Assembly: GCA_000934665.2 (NCBI GenBank)
Contig: JYFJ02004050.1
Coordinates: 1-56,219 of the forward strand
Length of the DNA: 56,219 nucleotides
From: Catajapyx aquilonaris
Taxonomy: Eukaryota
Direction of reading: 5' to 3'
In this document: in pieces, positions 11,670 through 22,900 of the stretch
Position numbering within the stretch: position 1 is the stretch's first letter
How the letters are laid out: every line of letters begins with the position of its first letter
Position numbers and translations under genes: made by a program
The notes under the pieces: generated by a model
Told to the model about the DNA's origin: nothing
Database searches by the model: none
What the model saw: only the letters and a program-made list of their open reading frames with translations

Positions 11670-12145
11670 ACCTAGTCTACTCTAACCTGAACAACCCTAA
11701 CTTAACCCAACCTAATGTCCTAACCTAACCTAACCTAGTCTAGTCTGGTCTAGTCTTAACCTAGTCTAGTCTAGTCTAGTCTAGTCCAGTCTAGTCTAGT
11801 CCAGTCTAGTCTAGTCTAGTCTAGTCTAGTCTAGTCCAGTCTAGTCCAGTCCAGTCTAGTCTAGTCTAGTCTAGTCTAGTCTAGTCCAGTCTAGTCTAGT
11901 CCAGTCTAGTCCAGTCTAGTCCAGTCTAGTCCAGTCTAGTCTAGTCTAGTCCAGTCTAGTCTAGTCTAGTCCAGTCTAATCTAGTCTTAACCTAGTCTAG
12001 TCTATTCCAGTCTAGTCTAGTCTTAGTCTAGTCTAGTCTTAACCTAGTCTAGTCTAGTCTAGTCTAGTCTAGTCTAGTCTAGTCTAGTCTTAGTCTAGTC
12101 TTAACCTATAGTCTAGTCTTAACCTAGTCTAGTCTAGTCTAACCT
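11670..12145. repeat. (CTAGT)n/(CCAGT)n pentanucleotide microsatellite with AACCT-rich flanks
   Basis: About 400 bp of CTAGT units are directly visible. Confidence 0.95.
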
Positions 12146-12611
12146 TGCATAACCTTGCGTCACATAATATTATGCAATATCTTGACAGGCAGTAACTTCT
12201 GTTGTGCACATTCACATCGTTAATTATGCTAATTGTTTGAGAAAAGTCATAATGAAAACATAATTGAACAATAAATTAATAACGAAGACTAAGCTCAACT
12301 CATTAACATGCAGTTATTTCTGGAACTTTATGAAATCCCTTGGGAGGTTTTGCAATTTTTTTGTGTGCAAAATGAAGTAGCATCTTGTGGACGGAAAATC
12401 CAAACAAGGAATGACTATTTTGCAGATGAGTGAGAGAAATCCTTCGTGCCAAAATAAACACGTAATGCGGGAATGGCGGTAAAGCAAGGCTATGTTTTGA
12501 GTGTGATTACTATCGCCTGTAGCATGCCATGGTGTATGATGTGCTGTAATTATTCGCAAGAGGAGTCGGCTATATAAGGGTGTGAGAAGGGATCAGATGG
12601 TGCTTACAACA

Positions 12612-14122
12612 ATGTGGTCCTCTGTGGTATTGGGTGTACTTCTGGTCGCGGGTGCATGGGGAGGGTGTCCCACCCCAGCACCGCAAGCAGACTTCGTCCC
12701 GGAAAAGGTACGCCAGGGTGAGATTTAACTATTGAATGTTGTGCACATAGTAATGCAACAATTATTGTCTCTTAGTTCATAGCCGATTGGCATCTGAACG
12801 AATTCAAGCGCCCTGCTTTACCCGGAGGCCTCCGTTGCGTCCACGTCCAGATCTTCGAGGACCAGGGTGACCACAAGCTCCACGGCAACGTGACTGGCCT
12901 GGAGGACAACGGTATGCTCTGGCACGACGAAGGGAAGTTCAAGATAAAGGACGCGGCTACACCAGGAGCCATGACGCTCATCACCGACGCCTGTGAGTCC
13001 CCCCAACACCCTCTGAAATACTCACATCATATCAGGAAAGATAAGGCGCACAATTATACTAGTGCAATACAGTCAAATGAAAACAATAACTCTTAAAAGT
13101 AGCAGTGATTTGCACTAGCAGTGAAAAAAGCATGACAATGAAAAATAGCATAGCAGTTAACCTGAGCATGCGCTAGTCGACGGCCATTGTTCATGCGCCG
13201 TCAACTACTAGACTCACTAGACTGTTGCAATTTGATGGCAATAGTCTAATGGAGACAATAACGCTTAAAAGTAGCAGTGATTTGCACTAGCAGTGAAAAA
13301 AGCATAGCAATGAAAATAGCATGGCAATGAAAAATAGCATAGCAGTTAACCTGAGCATGCGCTAGTCGACGGCCATTGTTCATGCGCCGTCAACTAGTAG
13401 ACTCACTAGACAGTTGAAATAGTCTAATGAAGACAATAACTCTTAAAAGTAGCAGTGATTTGCACTAGCAGTGAAAATAGCACGGCAATGACAGATAGCA
13501 TAGCAGTCAACCTGAGCATGCGCTAGTCGACGGCCATTGTTAATGCTCCATCAACTACTAGACTCACTAGACTATTGAAATAGTCTAATGGAGCCAATAA
13601 CGCTTGACGTAGCAGTGAAAATATCATTGCAGTTAACCTGAGCATGCGCATTAGTTTAACCAGCGCATGCGCAATCGTATGTAATGAGCAATAAACTGCA
13701 TTAGACTACTGCAATATAGTCTAATGGAGTGTAATAACGCTTGGAGTAGCGGTGAATTGCACTATCAGTGAAATGTAGCATAAAAGTTAGCCTGCGCGTG
13801 CGCGGGTTTACGGTGATTGCGCATGCGCGGTTCATTCGCGCAGTTAACTGTCACCACGCGCATGCTCATTGTGACCGTCATCTGATGCTCAACTGTCCCG
13901 TTTTCAGACGAGGCGACCTTCACGGTCCTGCAGACGGACTACGACGACAGCGCAGTGTTCTACATCTGCACGGAGCAGCCGGACGGGACTGTCCTGGACG
14001 GGATGGGCATAATGGGACGTTCACACGAGCTGGGTGATGGAAAGGTGGAGGAGCTCAAGAACGTCCTAACCGGAGCAGGATTGGACATCTCTGAGATGAA
14101 GAATGTCCATTGCAACTACTAG
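12612..14122 (+). CDS. Lcn10: secreted lipocalin (ADW subfamily), about 175 aa; exons 12612-12707, 12776-12992, 13908-14122
   Basis: TATATAA 12571; MWSSVVLGVLLVAGAWG-GCP; FIADW, RCVH, QTDYDD, IMGR, HCNY*; AATAAA 14147. Confidence 0.9.
13080..13800. repeat. About 170-180 bp tandem repeat (3 good copies plus degenerate ones) in Lcn10 intron 2
   Basis: ACAATAAC(T/G)CTTAAAAGTAGCAGTGATTTGCACTAGCAGTG recurs at about 13084, 13255 and 13433. Confidence 0.9.
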
Positions 14123-14283
14123 AGAGATGTTATAACAGTCACCTCAAATAAAGATCGACCAATGTCCATTATTGCGTCTTTCACTCTGAAGGTTATTGTT
14201 GCGTGTTGTTTCCCACGCGTGCACAGTGATGGTCATGTATAAATAGGAGCGGTCTAATCAGTCGCGTAACAGACTTGGAAAAG

Positions 14284-15187
14284 ATGAGGCCCCATCTGGT
14301 CATCCTCTTGGCGATGGTGGCACCAGCTATGTGTGCGTGCCCCAAGATGCCTCCACATCCAGAGTTTGACCCTTTCAAGGTGGGTACCATCAGAATCACG
14401 ATAACTGTAGCGCTGAATCTCGCTATAACTGGACAGTTGTCGTACAAGCCTGGATGTCTCATAGAGCATCTTGTGGATATCCATGGGACGTAATCTGGAT
14501 GTCGAGTCTGATCGTTCCCTGGATGTGCTGTGGATGTCTATGTGCTACTTATTGGTAGTACTATACAGGGTGTTTCAACTTTTTTTGTCCGAACAGTTAT
14601 CGGGAACGTAGCTGCTACTTTTTAAGCAGTGACTTGCAAACTGTGATTTTTCGGAGTAACGGGGAAATGTATAATTGTTTCCTGGTCATTGCCACAGTTC
14701 ACGGCTGACTGGCACGTGAACCGCATGAAGCGCGTGAACCTCGAAGGAGGCATACGCTGCGTCCATGTCCAGATCTTCGAGGACCCTGGCGACCACGTGC
14801 TGCATGGCAACGTGACAGGCCTGGAGGACAACGGGATGCTGTGGGAAGACGAGGGAAAGTTCAAGATAAAGGATCCGGCCTTCCCTGGCAGGATGACCCT
14901 AACCACGGATGACTGTAAGTGCTGGTTGTACACTGGTTGTATGTTCGTCTTAAACCTGGAAATATGCTACAGGGGAAGCGGACTTCACGGTGTTGTGCAC
15001 CGACTACGACGACTACGCCGTGTACTTCCTCTGCAGCGAGACACCAGACGGCGATGCAATGATGGGGATGGGCATCATGGGTCGTAACCACCTGCTGCCC
15101 AAAAAGCAGGTGGACACCCTCGTCAAGATCCTGTCCGACCTGGATCTGGACGTAGAAAACATGAAGGACAGCACTTGTAACGTATGA
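14284..15187 (+). CDS. Lcn11: secreted lipocalin (ADW subfamily), about 175 aa; exons 14284-14379, 14698-14914, 14973-15187
   Basis: TATAAATA 14238; MRPHLVILLAMVAPAMCA-CPK; FTADW, RCVH, CTDYDDY, MMGMGIMGR, TCNV*. Confidence 0.92.
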
Positions 15188-16173
15188 TGAGCACACTAAT
15201 AAAACCGGATCATTATTTATTACCTATAGTTACACATTTTCCTCCTCCTCGTTATTCGCTGACTACCCCTTATTAAATATGTCGTGATGTGTGATAAATA
15301 GGCCACAGCCGCTTCCTTCCTTCCCTATATCATTGGCCCCATCCAATGGTGGTACTCCACCCCCCTAATGGAGCGCCGACTCTCCCAATGGGGTATAAAT
15401 AAACAAGAATAAATATTTAAAAAATTATATCCGAGGGACCTCACATCTCCAAGATGTACACATGTATTATCTGGACCAATAATGGGGTTTAATAATCTTT
15501 TGGCGTCCGATGAGAAGTGTCAGAAAAAAAACCATTTTGCGACGTAACGTCCGTAATTAGTCAAAAAATGGCACCTTTCCGTGTTCTTCTTGCGATAAAA
15601 AATTACATAATGAAAATATGCAAACAACTCGCATATATGTTACGTAGATTTAAACAAGCTTTCTAACGATGTATATAACGTTATTTTTTGGGACCATCTT
15701 CCTAGGAGTTATTTAGAGTCAAACACAAGGGGTCAATATTTAAAAAATTGATAGTAGGTGGAGGGCGCTGATTGGCTGAAGCTTAATTGTCTTGACGACG
15801 ACGAAGGAAATGACGATGATGATGTCCTGTGGGGGACAAGAACGACACGAACGGGGTTACGTTCCTGAAAATGTCCGTAAGACGGATCTGTACGTAAGTC
15901 GGATCTGTACGTAAGTCGGGATCCCTGAGGAGCAGAGCATGTATACTGCGTAAATGTGCTGCTTCAACAAACCTCTTATGTCATGTGTGTGCGTTTACAT
16001 GAGAGGAAGAACATATAGTTTCACAATAATTATTATATATTATTATAGGCTACACTCGCTACAGTATTATTTTATGTTGAAGCTGATTGCTTCCAGCTGC
16101 GTGCAGGTTTTGTTCCCACGCATTTTATATAAATAAGGGAGGTCTAATGGGTCGCGTAACAGACCTGGAAGAG

Positions 16174-17336
16174 ATGAGGACGTGTCTGGTCGTACTGTTG
16201 GCGATGGTGGCACCTGCTATGTGCGGGTGCCCAAAGATGCCTCCACATCCTGGGTTTGACCCTTTCAAGGTGGGTGCAGAATCACGATAACAGTAGCGCT
16301 GAATCAGGAATACAGTAGCTTCATAGCCAACAGTTATCGTGGTTCATCGTTACGGTTGTCGTAATTCAGCGTTACACTTATCGTGATTCTTAAGGCCTGT
16401 TTACGCTCTCATGATTTGAGAGTCGGTCGCACGACCAGACGTGCGATCGAAGCTCAAATTAATTATGAGGGCGTAAACAGGCCTTCAGCCCGCGCTACAG
16501 TTATCGTGATTTACGTATAACTGACACCTAAACTACCACAATTTACACCGCTGAATTTTGATTTTTTTTTTACTTTTCTAATTATGCTTGGCCTATAGTA
16601 TTGTTCAAACATCACCTCCGCTGCTAATTTTCACGTTAGCAGGGTAAAAATAGGCAATATTCCGCAGCAACAACACCAGAATCCGGTCGAGGGTCGCGGG
16701 TCGAGGGTCGCGGTTCGAGGGTCGAGGGTCGCGGGTCGCGGGTCGCGGGTCCCGTATGACGCCTTTCGTCGCGTCTCTCATGGTGGAGAAGGGTTATCGT
16801 GATTTAGAGTATAACTGAGTCAATCTGTTTCCTGGGCATCGCAACAGTTCACGGCTGACTGGCATGTGACCCGCATGAAGCGGCTAACCGAAGGAGGCGG
16901 CATACGCTGCGTACACATCCAGATCTTCGAGGACCCGGGCGACCATGTCCTGCATGGCAACTGGACAGGACTGGAGGACAACGGGATGATGTGGAACAAC
17001 GAGGGAAAGCTCAACATAAAAGATCCGGCTTTCCCTGGACGGATGACCCTAACCACGGACGAATGTAAGTGCCGGTTGTACACTGCCTGTACATACTTTA
17101 GTCATACACCTGTGGGTATTACAGGGGAAGCGGACGTCACAATATTGAGCACGGACTATGATGACTTCGCAGTGTACTTCGTATGCAGCGAGACACCAGA
17201 CGGCGATGCAATGATGGGCATGGGCATCATGGGCCGCAACCACCTGCTGCCCAAAAAGCAGGTGGACGCCCTCCTCAAGATCCTGTCCGACCTGGACCTG
17301 GACGTAGGAACAATTATGGACAGCACCTGTAACTAA
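16174..17336 (+). CDS. Lcn12: secreted lipocalin (ADW subfamily), about 174 aa; exons 16174-16269, 16848-17064, 17125-17336
   Basis: TATATAAATA 16126; close paralog of Lcn11; intact splice sites; AATAAA overlaps the stop codon. Confidence 0.92.
16392..16485. mobile_element. About 94-bp foldback/MITE-like insertion in Lcn12 intron 1
   Basis: 15-bp terminal inverted repeat AAGGCCTGTTTACGC / GCGTAAACAGGCCTT with further internal pairing; absent from the Lcn11 and Lcn13 introns. Confidence 0.65.
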
Positions 17337-17441
17337 TAAAACCGGATTATTATTTATTACCTATAGTTATAAATTTGTACACATACAACCATACATAAAT
17401 AGGAGTGGGGTCTTATGGGTCTCGTAACAGACCTGGATGAG

Positions 17442-18704
17442 ATGAGGCTGCTCGTGGTCATCCTCTTGGCGGTGGTGGCACCTGCTACGTGCGGGTGCCC
17501 CAAGATGCCTCCACATCCTGGGTTTGACCCTTTCAAGGTGGGTACCAAATCACGATAACAGTAGCGCTGAATCAGGATAACAGTAGCGTTCAATCAGGAT
17601 AACAGTAGCTTCAACACTGCAGTTGCTGTTCAAGTCTGGAATGTCCCCTGGATGTCCAGACTGAATGTTCCTTGGATATCCAGACTGAATGTCCCTTGGA
17701 TATCCAGACTGAATGTTCCTTGGATATCCAGACTGAATGTCCCTTGGATATCCAGACTGAATGTTCCTTGGATATCCAGACTGAATGTCCCCTGGATGTC
17801 CAGACTGAATGTCCCCCTGGATGTCCAGACTGAATGTTCCTTGGATATCCAGACTGAATGTCCCCTGGATATCCAGACTGAATGTCCCCCTGGATGTCCA
17901 GACTGAATGCCGCCTGGATGTAGAGACTGCATGTCCTCTGGATGTCCAGACTGAATGTTCCTTGGATATCCGGACTGGATGTCCCCTGGATATCGGATTC
18001 GAACATCTTGCGGACATCCCATTGGGGCATTCCAGGGATGTCCATCGGGTGTCTTCTGGATACATCCCCTGGATGTCCTATGGATGTCTATGTGCTACTT
18101 GGGATATAATTGGCTGTGACTTTGTCCGTACATGTGTCTACTCATCACCTAGGTGCATGTGGTTACCATACTTGGCAGGGTGAAGTGTATAATTGAGTCT
18201 GTTTGCTGGGCATTGCCGTAGTTCACGGCTGACTGGTATTTGACCCGCATGAAGCGGATGACCAGAACAGGCGGCGTACGGTGCGTCCACCTCCAGATCT
18301 ACGAGGACCCTGGCGAACACGTGCTGTATGGCAACTGGACCGGACTGGAGGACGACAGGGTGCTGTGGAGCAACGAGGGAAAGTTCACCATAAAAGATCC
18401 GGCCTTCCCTGGACGGATGACCCTAACCACCACCACATGTAAGCGGTTTCGCACTGTTCGTACTCTTCTTATAAACAATGCGGTTACAGGGGAAGCAGAC
18501 GTTACAATACTGAGTACGGACTACAACGACTTCGGGGTGTATTACATCTGCGGCGAGAAACCCAACGGCGACGTAATGATGGGCATGGGCATCATGGGCC
18601 GCAACCACCTGCTGCCCAAAACTCAGGTGGACGCCCTCGCGAAGATCCTATCCGACCTGGATCTAGACATAGAAACGATGACGGACAGCACCTGTAACGC
18701 ATAA
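17442..18704 (+). CDS. Lcn13: secreted lipocalin (ADW subfamily), about 175 aa; exons 17442-17537, 18222-18438, 18490-18704
   Basis: MRLLVVILLAVVAPATCG-CPK; FTADW, RCVH, STDYNDF, MMGMGIMGR, TCNA*; AATAAA 18712. Confidence 0.92.
17635..18090. repeat. 24/25-bp minisatellite in Lcn13 intron 1
   Basis: Unit TGGAT(A/G)TCCAGACTGAATGT(T/C)CC(T/C), about 14 copies, decaying toward the 3' end. Confidence 0.95.
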
Positions 18705-18973
18705 TGTCCACAATAAAACCGGCGTATATCCTGAAATGTGTTTTTGGGGTAGCAACCTTGAGTCACCGGTGAAGGACCTCTAGGCACGTGGAGATAACAA
18801 GTCATTATGTCTCCCCAAAATGCTGCCAATCCCATAGATAAGCTGATGGGGCACCATGTCGGAAGTGGTCAAAAACAGAGGGTGCCCATTAGGCAGTCTA
18901 ATCAGTGAAGACAAACAGGAAAAGGTCTGGATATAAGAGGTTGTCCGAGACACTCACGGGCAGATGACCAGAG

Positions 18974-19602
18974 ATGAAGCAACTTGTACTTCTTCTCTCC
19001 TTTGTGGCTGTCTGTTGGGCCGCGGGCTGCCCACAGGTTACGCCCCACACCAACTTGGATCTCGGACGGGTAAGGTCAGTGTACGTAACCTAACAGCGAT
19101 TAATCCGACGCTTAGTTCGCAGGGAATTGGTATGGCGTCGAAGTACTACGAAGCCACTTTTTGGAGATTGCGGCCCGATGTTTGCGGATCACATTCCGGC
19201 CGACAAGTCCGATAACAGCGGACATCAACGCGACGGCCACACTGCCGCTTGGATTCCACTACACAATACAAGGAAGAGCCGAAGTGTTGAATCCGCTCAA
19301 CGCGGCGTACATGATGGCTGATCTGCACGGAGGTACGTAAAACAATTTGTAGACAAAATAATTGCTAACCAGTCGCACTTGCAGCCCGTGCGCCGTTCAT
19401 CATCGTTTCAACTGATTACCACAACTTCGCTACGTACTACGCCTGTCTGGAGGAGTCGAACGGCAGCTACACACAGTACGGGGCCATACTGAGCCGCGGA
19501 AATCCATTGGACTTCCGGGATATTTTCCTACAAAAGAGTCTGCTTGCAATGGCCGGAGTTGACATTTCAAAAATGTACTCAGTTGGAAGCAATCAGTGTT
19601 GA
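18974..19602 (+). CDS. Lcn14: secreted ApoD-like lipocalin, about 176 aa; exons 18974-19069, 19116-19332, 19385-19602 (missed by the ORF track)
   Basis: MKQLVLLLSFVAVCWA-AGCP; LDLGRFAGNWY, ARC, VSTDYHNFATYYAC, AILSR, NQC*; introns of 46 and 52 nt; AATAAA 19606. Confidence 0.92.
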
Positions 19603-19917
19603 CACAATAAACGGCGTTAAATATGTGACCAAATTTTTAATATTACAAGACAAGAGTATATATAAAGTGGCGGGGAGATGCCCCGTTTAATTCACAACTA
19701 CGCCATAGATATCTATAATGAAAAATATATTTACAATGACAGTCCTTTTCCGCGAGCATTTTGTCCCGACGAAAACTTATGAAAAAATACATATGTGCAA
19801 ATTCCACGAGGAAATTGGACCTCAGAAAAAAAAAACATCTCGGACAAATGTGACACGATTCAACTCGACTCGAAAAAAATGCATGAATCCGTTGATATCT
19901 TTGCGCTGTTGTAAATT

Positions 19918-22900
19918 TCATAAATACTGTAAGGAGACGGCAGCTTCGTATCTGTTTTCTTCTCCATCGGAGAGGACCTCGATGCTGGAAGTGTCGACGC
20001 TTGAGTCGCCGCCTCCGAAACGAGGAGAGCTTTTTCTTAATGGTGAGCATGCGCCGCCAAGAAGCGGCGGTGGCGATGGGGTCGGACTGCATCTCAAGTC
20101 TGTAGCTTGTCCGCCTTCCAACGACGACGGCGAGTGCGGCGGAAACCCGAGGATAACACGAGCTGGATCGGGAAGATCAGCCGCAGAATCCCGCAGCTGC
20201 AGATAGATCGACTCGGCTGTTTCCAGCATCCGGACTAGCGGAATCTTCTCCGAGATGTCGTTGATGTACTGCAAAGCGCAACCGTTAATACGGATCAACA
20301 TGTTCGGCATGTACGTACCTTCAGGATCTCGCTGAATCCGTATTTGTTCTCCATCAACGTGTTCTTCTCCATGTCCAGCACGGCCAGACAGCAGATTAGA
20401 TGGAAGTTCGGTCCGGGCAGCCCAGTCCACATGATCTCCCAGAGGGTCATGATGTCGGACAGTGAAAACTCCCGCTTGAAATGGACCAGAAGCCAGCGGA
20501 AGCAGAAGAAGAAGTTGCCAGACTCATGCTGCTCCAAGTACGAGCAGAACGCCGGATCTATGATTTGGATCAGGGTGTGGAGATGGCCCAACTGCTGCTT
20601 CATACTCGCTTGGTCCATCTCGAAATTGTGGCCCTGTCGATTGGAAAACAATTAGAGCTGTACGTTCAAAAGACATCGACGAACTTACCATTCGCTCCAT
20701 TATTCCGACGAAGCACCAAAATGCGTCAACTTCATCCTGCATTACGACTAGAATCGGGCTGAGAAGATCGCTCATTCCCTGGACGTAACCCAGGTCGAAG
20801 TTGTACATCACGTACGTCATCAGAATATCGTACATTACTTGCATCTGCGGGTTGTCCTTACCCTCGTAAAACGGGTAGGTACGATCCGTTCGTGACACAT
20901 CCTTATCTGGAATTACAGGGCGACATGAAGCGTTTACATTAGCGATGTTGATGGTACGTACCGATTAGGTTCTTCCGCTCTCGGAAAGCGGAAAACCGCT
21001 CCTCCTGCTTCGGCCTGACTGATTTCCACTGCAGCTTCATCCGGTAGTACGACTCGACTTTCTCCCGTCTTGCCTCCGACCGTTGCGCGGTTGTACTATC
21101 GTACTCGTACATTCCCAGCAGGAACTTCCAAACGTCCTTCCGCAGTGCATGTGTAATCCCCTGAAATCAACACAGCTTTTACGGCACGTTCTCGCTATCG
21201 CAGCGGCGAACTTACCCCCTTAAAAATAGTCTCCTTGAGCTTTTCGACGTCCGTGACTCGCCCGTCGTCGTCCACATGTGCCGCCCACTGTTGCGGCATC
21301 AGCTGGTGCGACCTGGTGACCGGACTTCTAGGTTGGATCAGCTGCTTAGGGTCGCCGATGACCTCGTAGCCTTCCTCGCCTATCTGGTCGCCATGGTCGG
21401 CGCTCAAACTGCGGTGGAGCAGCTCGGAAATGTCGTCACGATGGTTAGTCTCTTGCGGGATGGAAACTGCGGGCATATAAGCTGCGTTCTCAACATATCA
21501 CATGTTCTTTAAAAATGCACGATGCGACATACATGTGTAGTCGAGAAGCTTGGAGAAGTTGGTCATGGTGACCTCATACGGATGCTTGAAGTTCTCGACT
21601 AGCCTCCACATGGTGTTGCTGGCCTCGGGGAAAAGGTTGAGCTCGGTTAGGCTCTTGTGCAGGGCTTCCTCTTCCTTGTTGACCACCAGGTGCAACGTGC
21701 GGTCCTTCTTGGACGTCTTGGTGGACAGGTACTTCTGAAGGGCCAAGACGAACCCTTGGGTGTTGCCTTTGGTGAAGAGAAGCGGACTCGGGGTGCTGCC
21801 ATCCCGCAGCATAAGGGTCAGCTGCTGGTTGTTCTTCATCAGTCGGAAGCTCTTCAGTTCGTCCAGGTCGACACGGAGGGGACGAACCTTGCAGTGCGAG
21901 CTGCCCACAAACTCAACTGAATCTGCTGTAACATACACAAAACTGACAGTGCATCGCATAATTTTATGCCGCCAGATGTATGACCTCGAGAGCTTAACAA
22001 ATGGCTTCAATTGTGCACGAGCAATATCGGCCTCTCACTGTGCCTAATTAATTCCTGACATTGCAGCACGTTATGCAAGGCCGCACATGTGCGAGGTCGT
22101 AACAACATGAGTGTATCAGTCGGTTAAGAATTTTTAATGCGGTATCCCTGGTGTCAGCTGTACAGCTTTGAGATGACCGCACCAGTACTTGCGGCCCTGC
22201 CAGGCACAGGCCGGCAACTTGCGTGATAAATTTAGTTAATTGCATGAGCAGAGCGGCGCTTAATTTTTGTCTCGTGATCTGATTGTTTTCACTTCTTCCG
22301 CCCCAGGGACCAGACTTCCTCCAACTTTCTACCCAAAACTCACGAGAGCATGAAACGTTACACGGTTGGAAAAACCTGCCTTCCTTGTCCACCTTGTAGC
22401 CCACTGAGGAGGTGTTGACCACCGCCCAGTCCTGGTCATTCTGCCTCGGATCCATCGTCACCGCCTTCGCCTCCACCGGCTGCCACTCAATAAACTTCGC
22501 ATAACTCTGAAAAAAAGGAGCCAGCGATTAGCCAATGCGCTGCACATCAATTGCGGTCACTTACGCATTCACGTAGCGTGAGCGTGCCGGAGTACAGCGT
22601 ATCGTTCTCTCTATCGCTGGAGTTGGCCTGCATCATCACTCCGCCCTGCTCGAACACCAACTGTAATGAAACGTACGCAATGAGAACATGAACATACACA
22701 TACGCACTAAGTGCATGTGCTGTTACATACCGTACACACTAACAGTAAGTGTATGTACTGTTACATACATGTACACCATGAGTAAATGTACTTTCTAAGG
22801 GTGTATGTACTGTCACATACTTGTATGTACTAAATGTACATACTGTTACATGTATACAATGAGTATATCTACATACTGTGAAATACTTGCACATGCCAAG

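Noticed and set aside
11670..11740. Interstitial (TTAGG)n telomeric repeat
   Set aside because: Only a few scattered CCTAA units flank a CTAGT microsatellite; too short and irregular
12597..12611. Upstream in-frame ATG for Lcn10
   Set aside because: About 26 nt from the start of the TATA box, so at or before the expected transcription start; ATG 12612 gives the 96-nt exon seen in paralogs
17550..18183. Long ORFs with repeated peptides (SLDIQGTF, DIQSGYPR, ISRLNVPW)
   Set aside because: They are translations of the 24-bp intronic minisatellite in Lcn13, open in several frames on both strands
558..19602. Assigning the lipocalins to a named family (nitrophorin, crustacyanin, tick histamine-binding protein, millipede hydroxynitrile lyase)
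   Set aside because: Only general ApoD-like motifs are recognisable; no family-diagnostic match can be supported without a search
19643..20762. ORFs overlapping TBC1D15 on the opposite strand or in its 3' UTR (19643-20092, 19718-20206, 20344-20655, 20481-20762)
   Set aside because: Antisense or alternative-frame shadows of GC-rich coding exons; no independent gene signals
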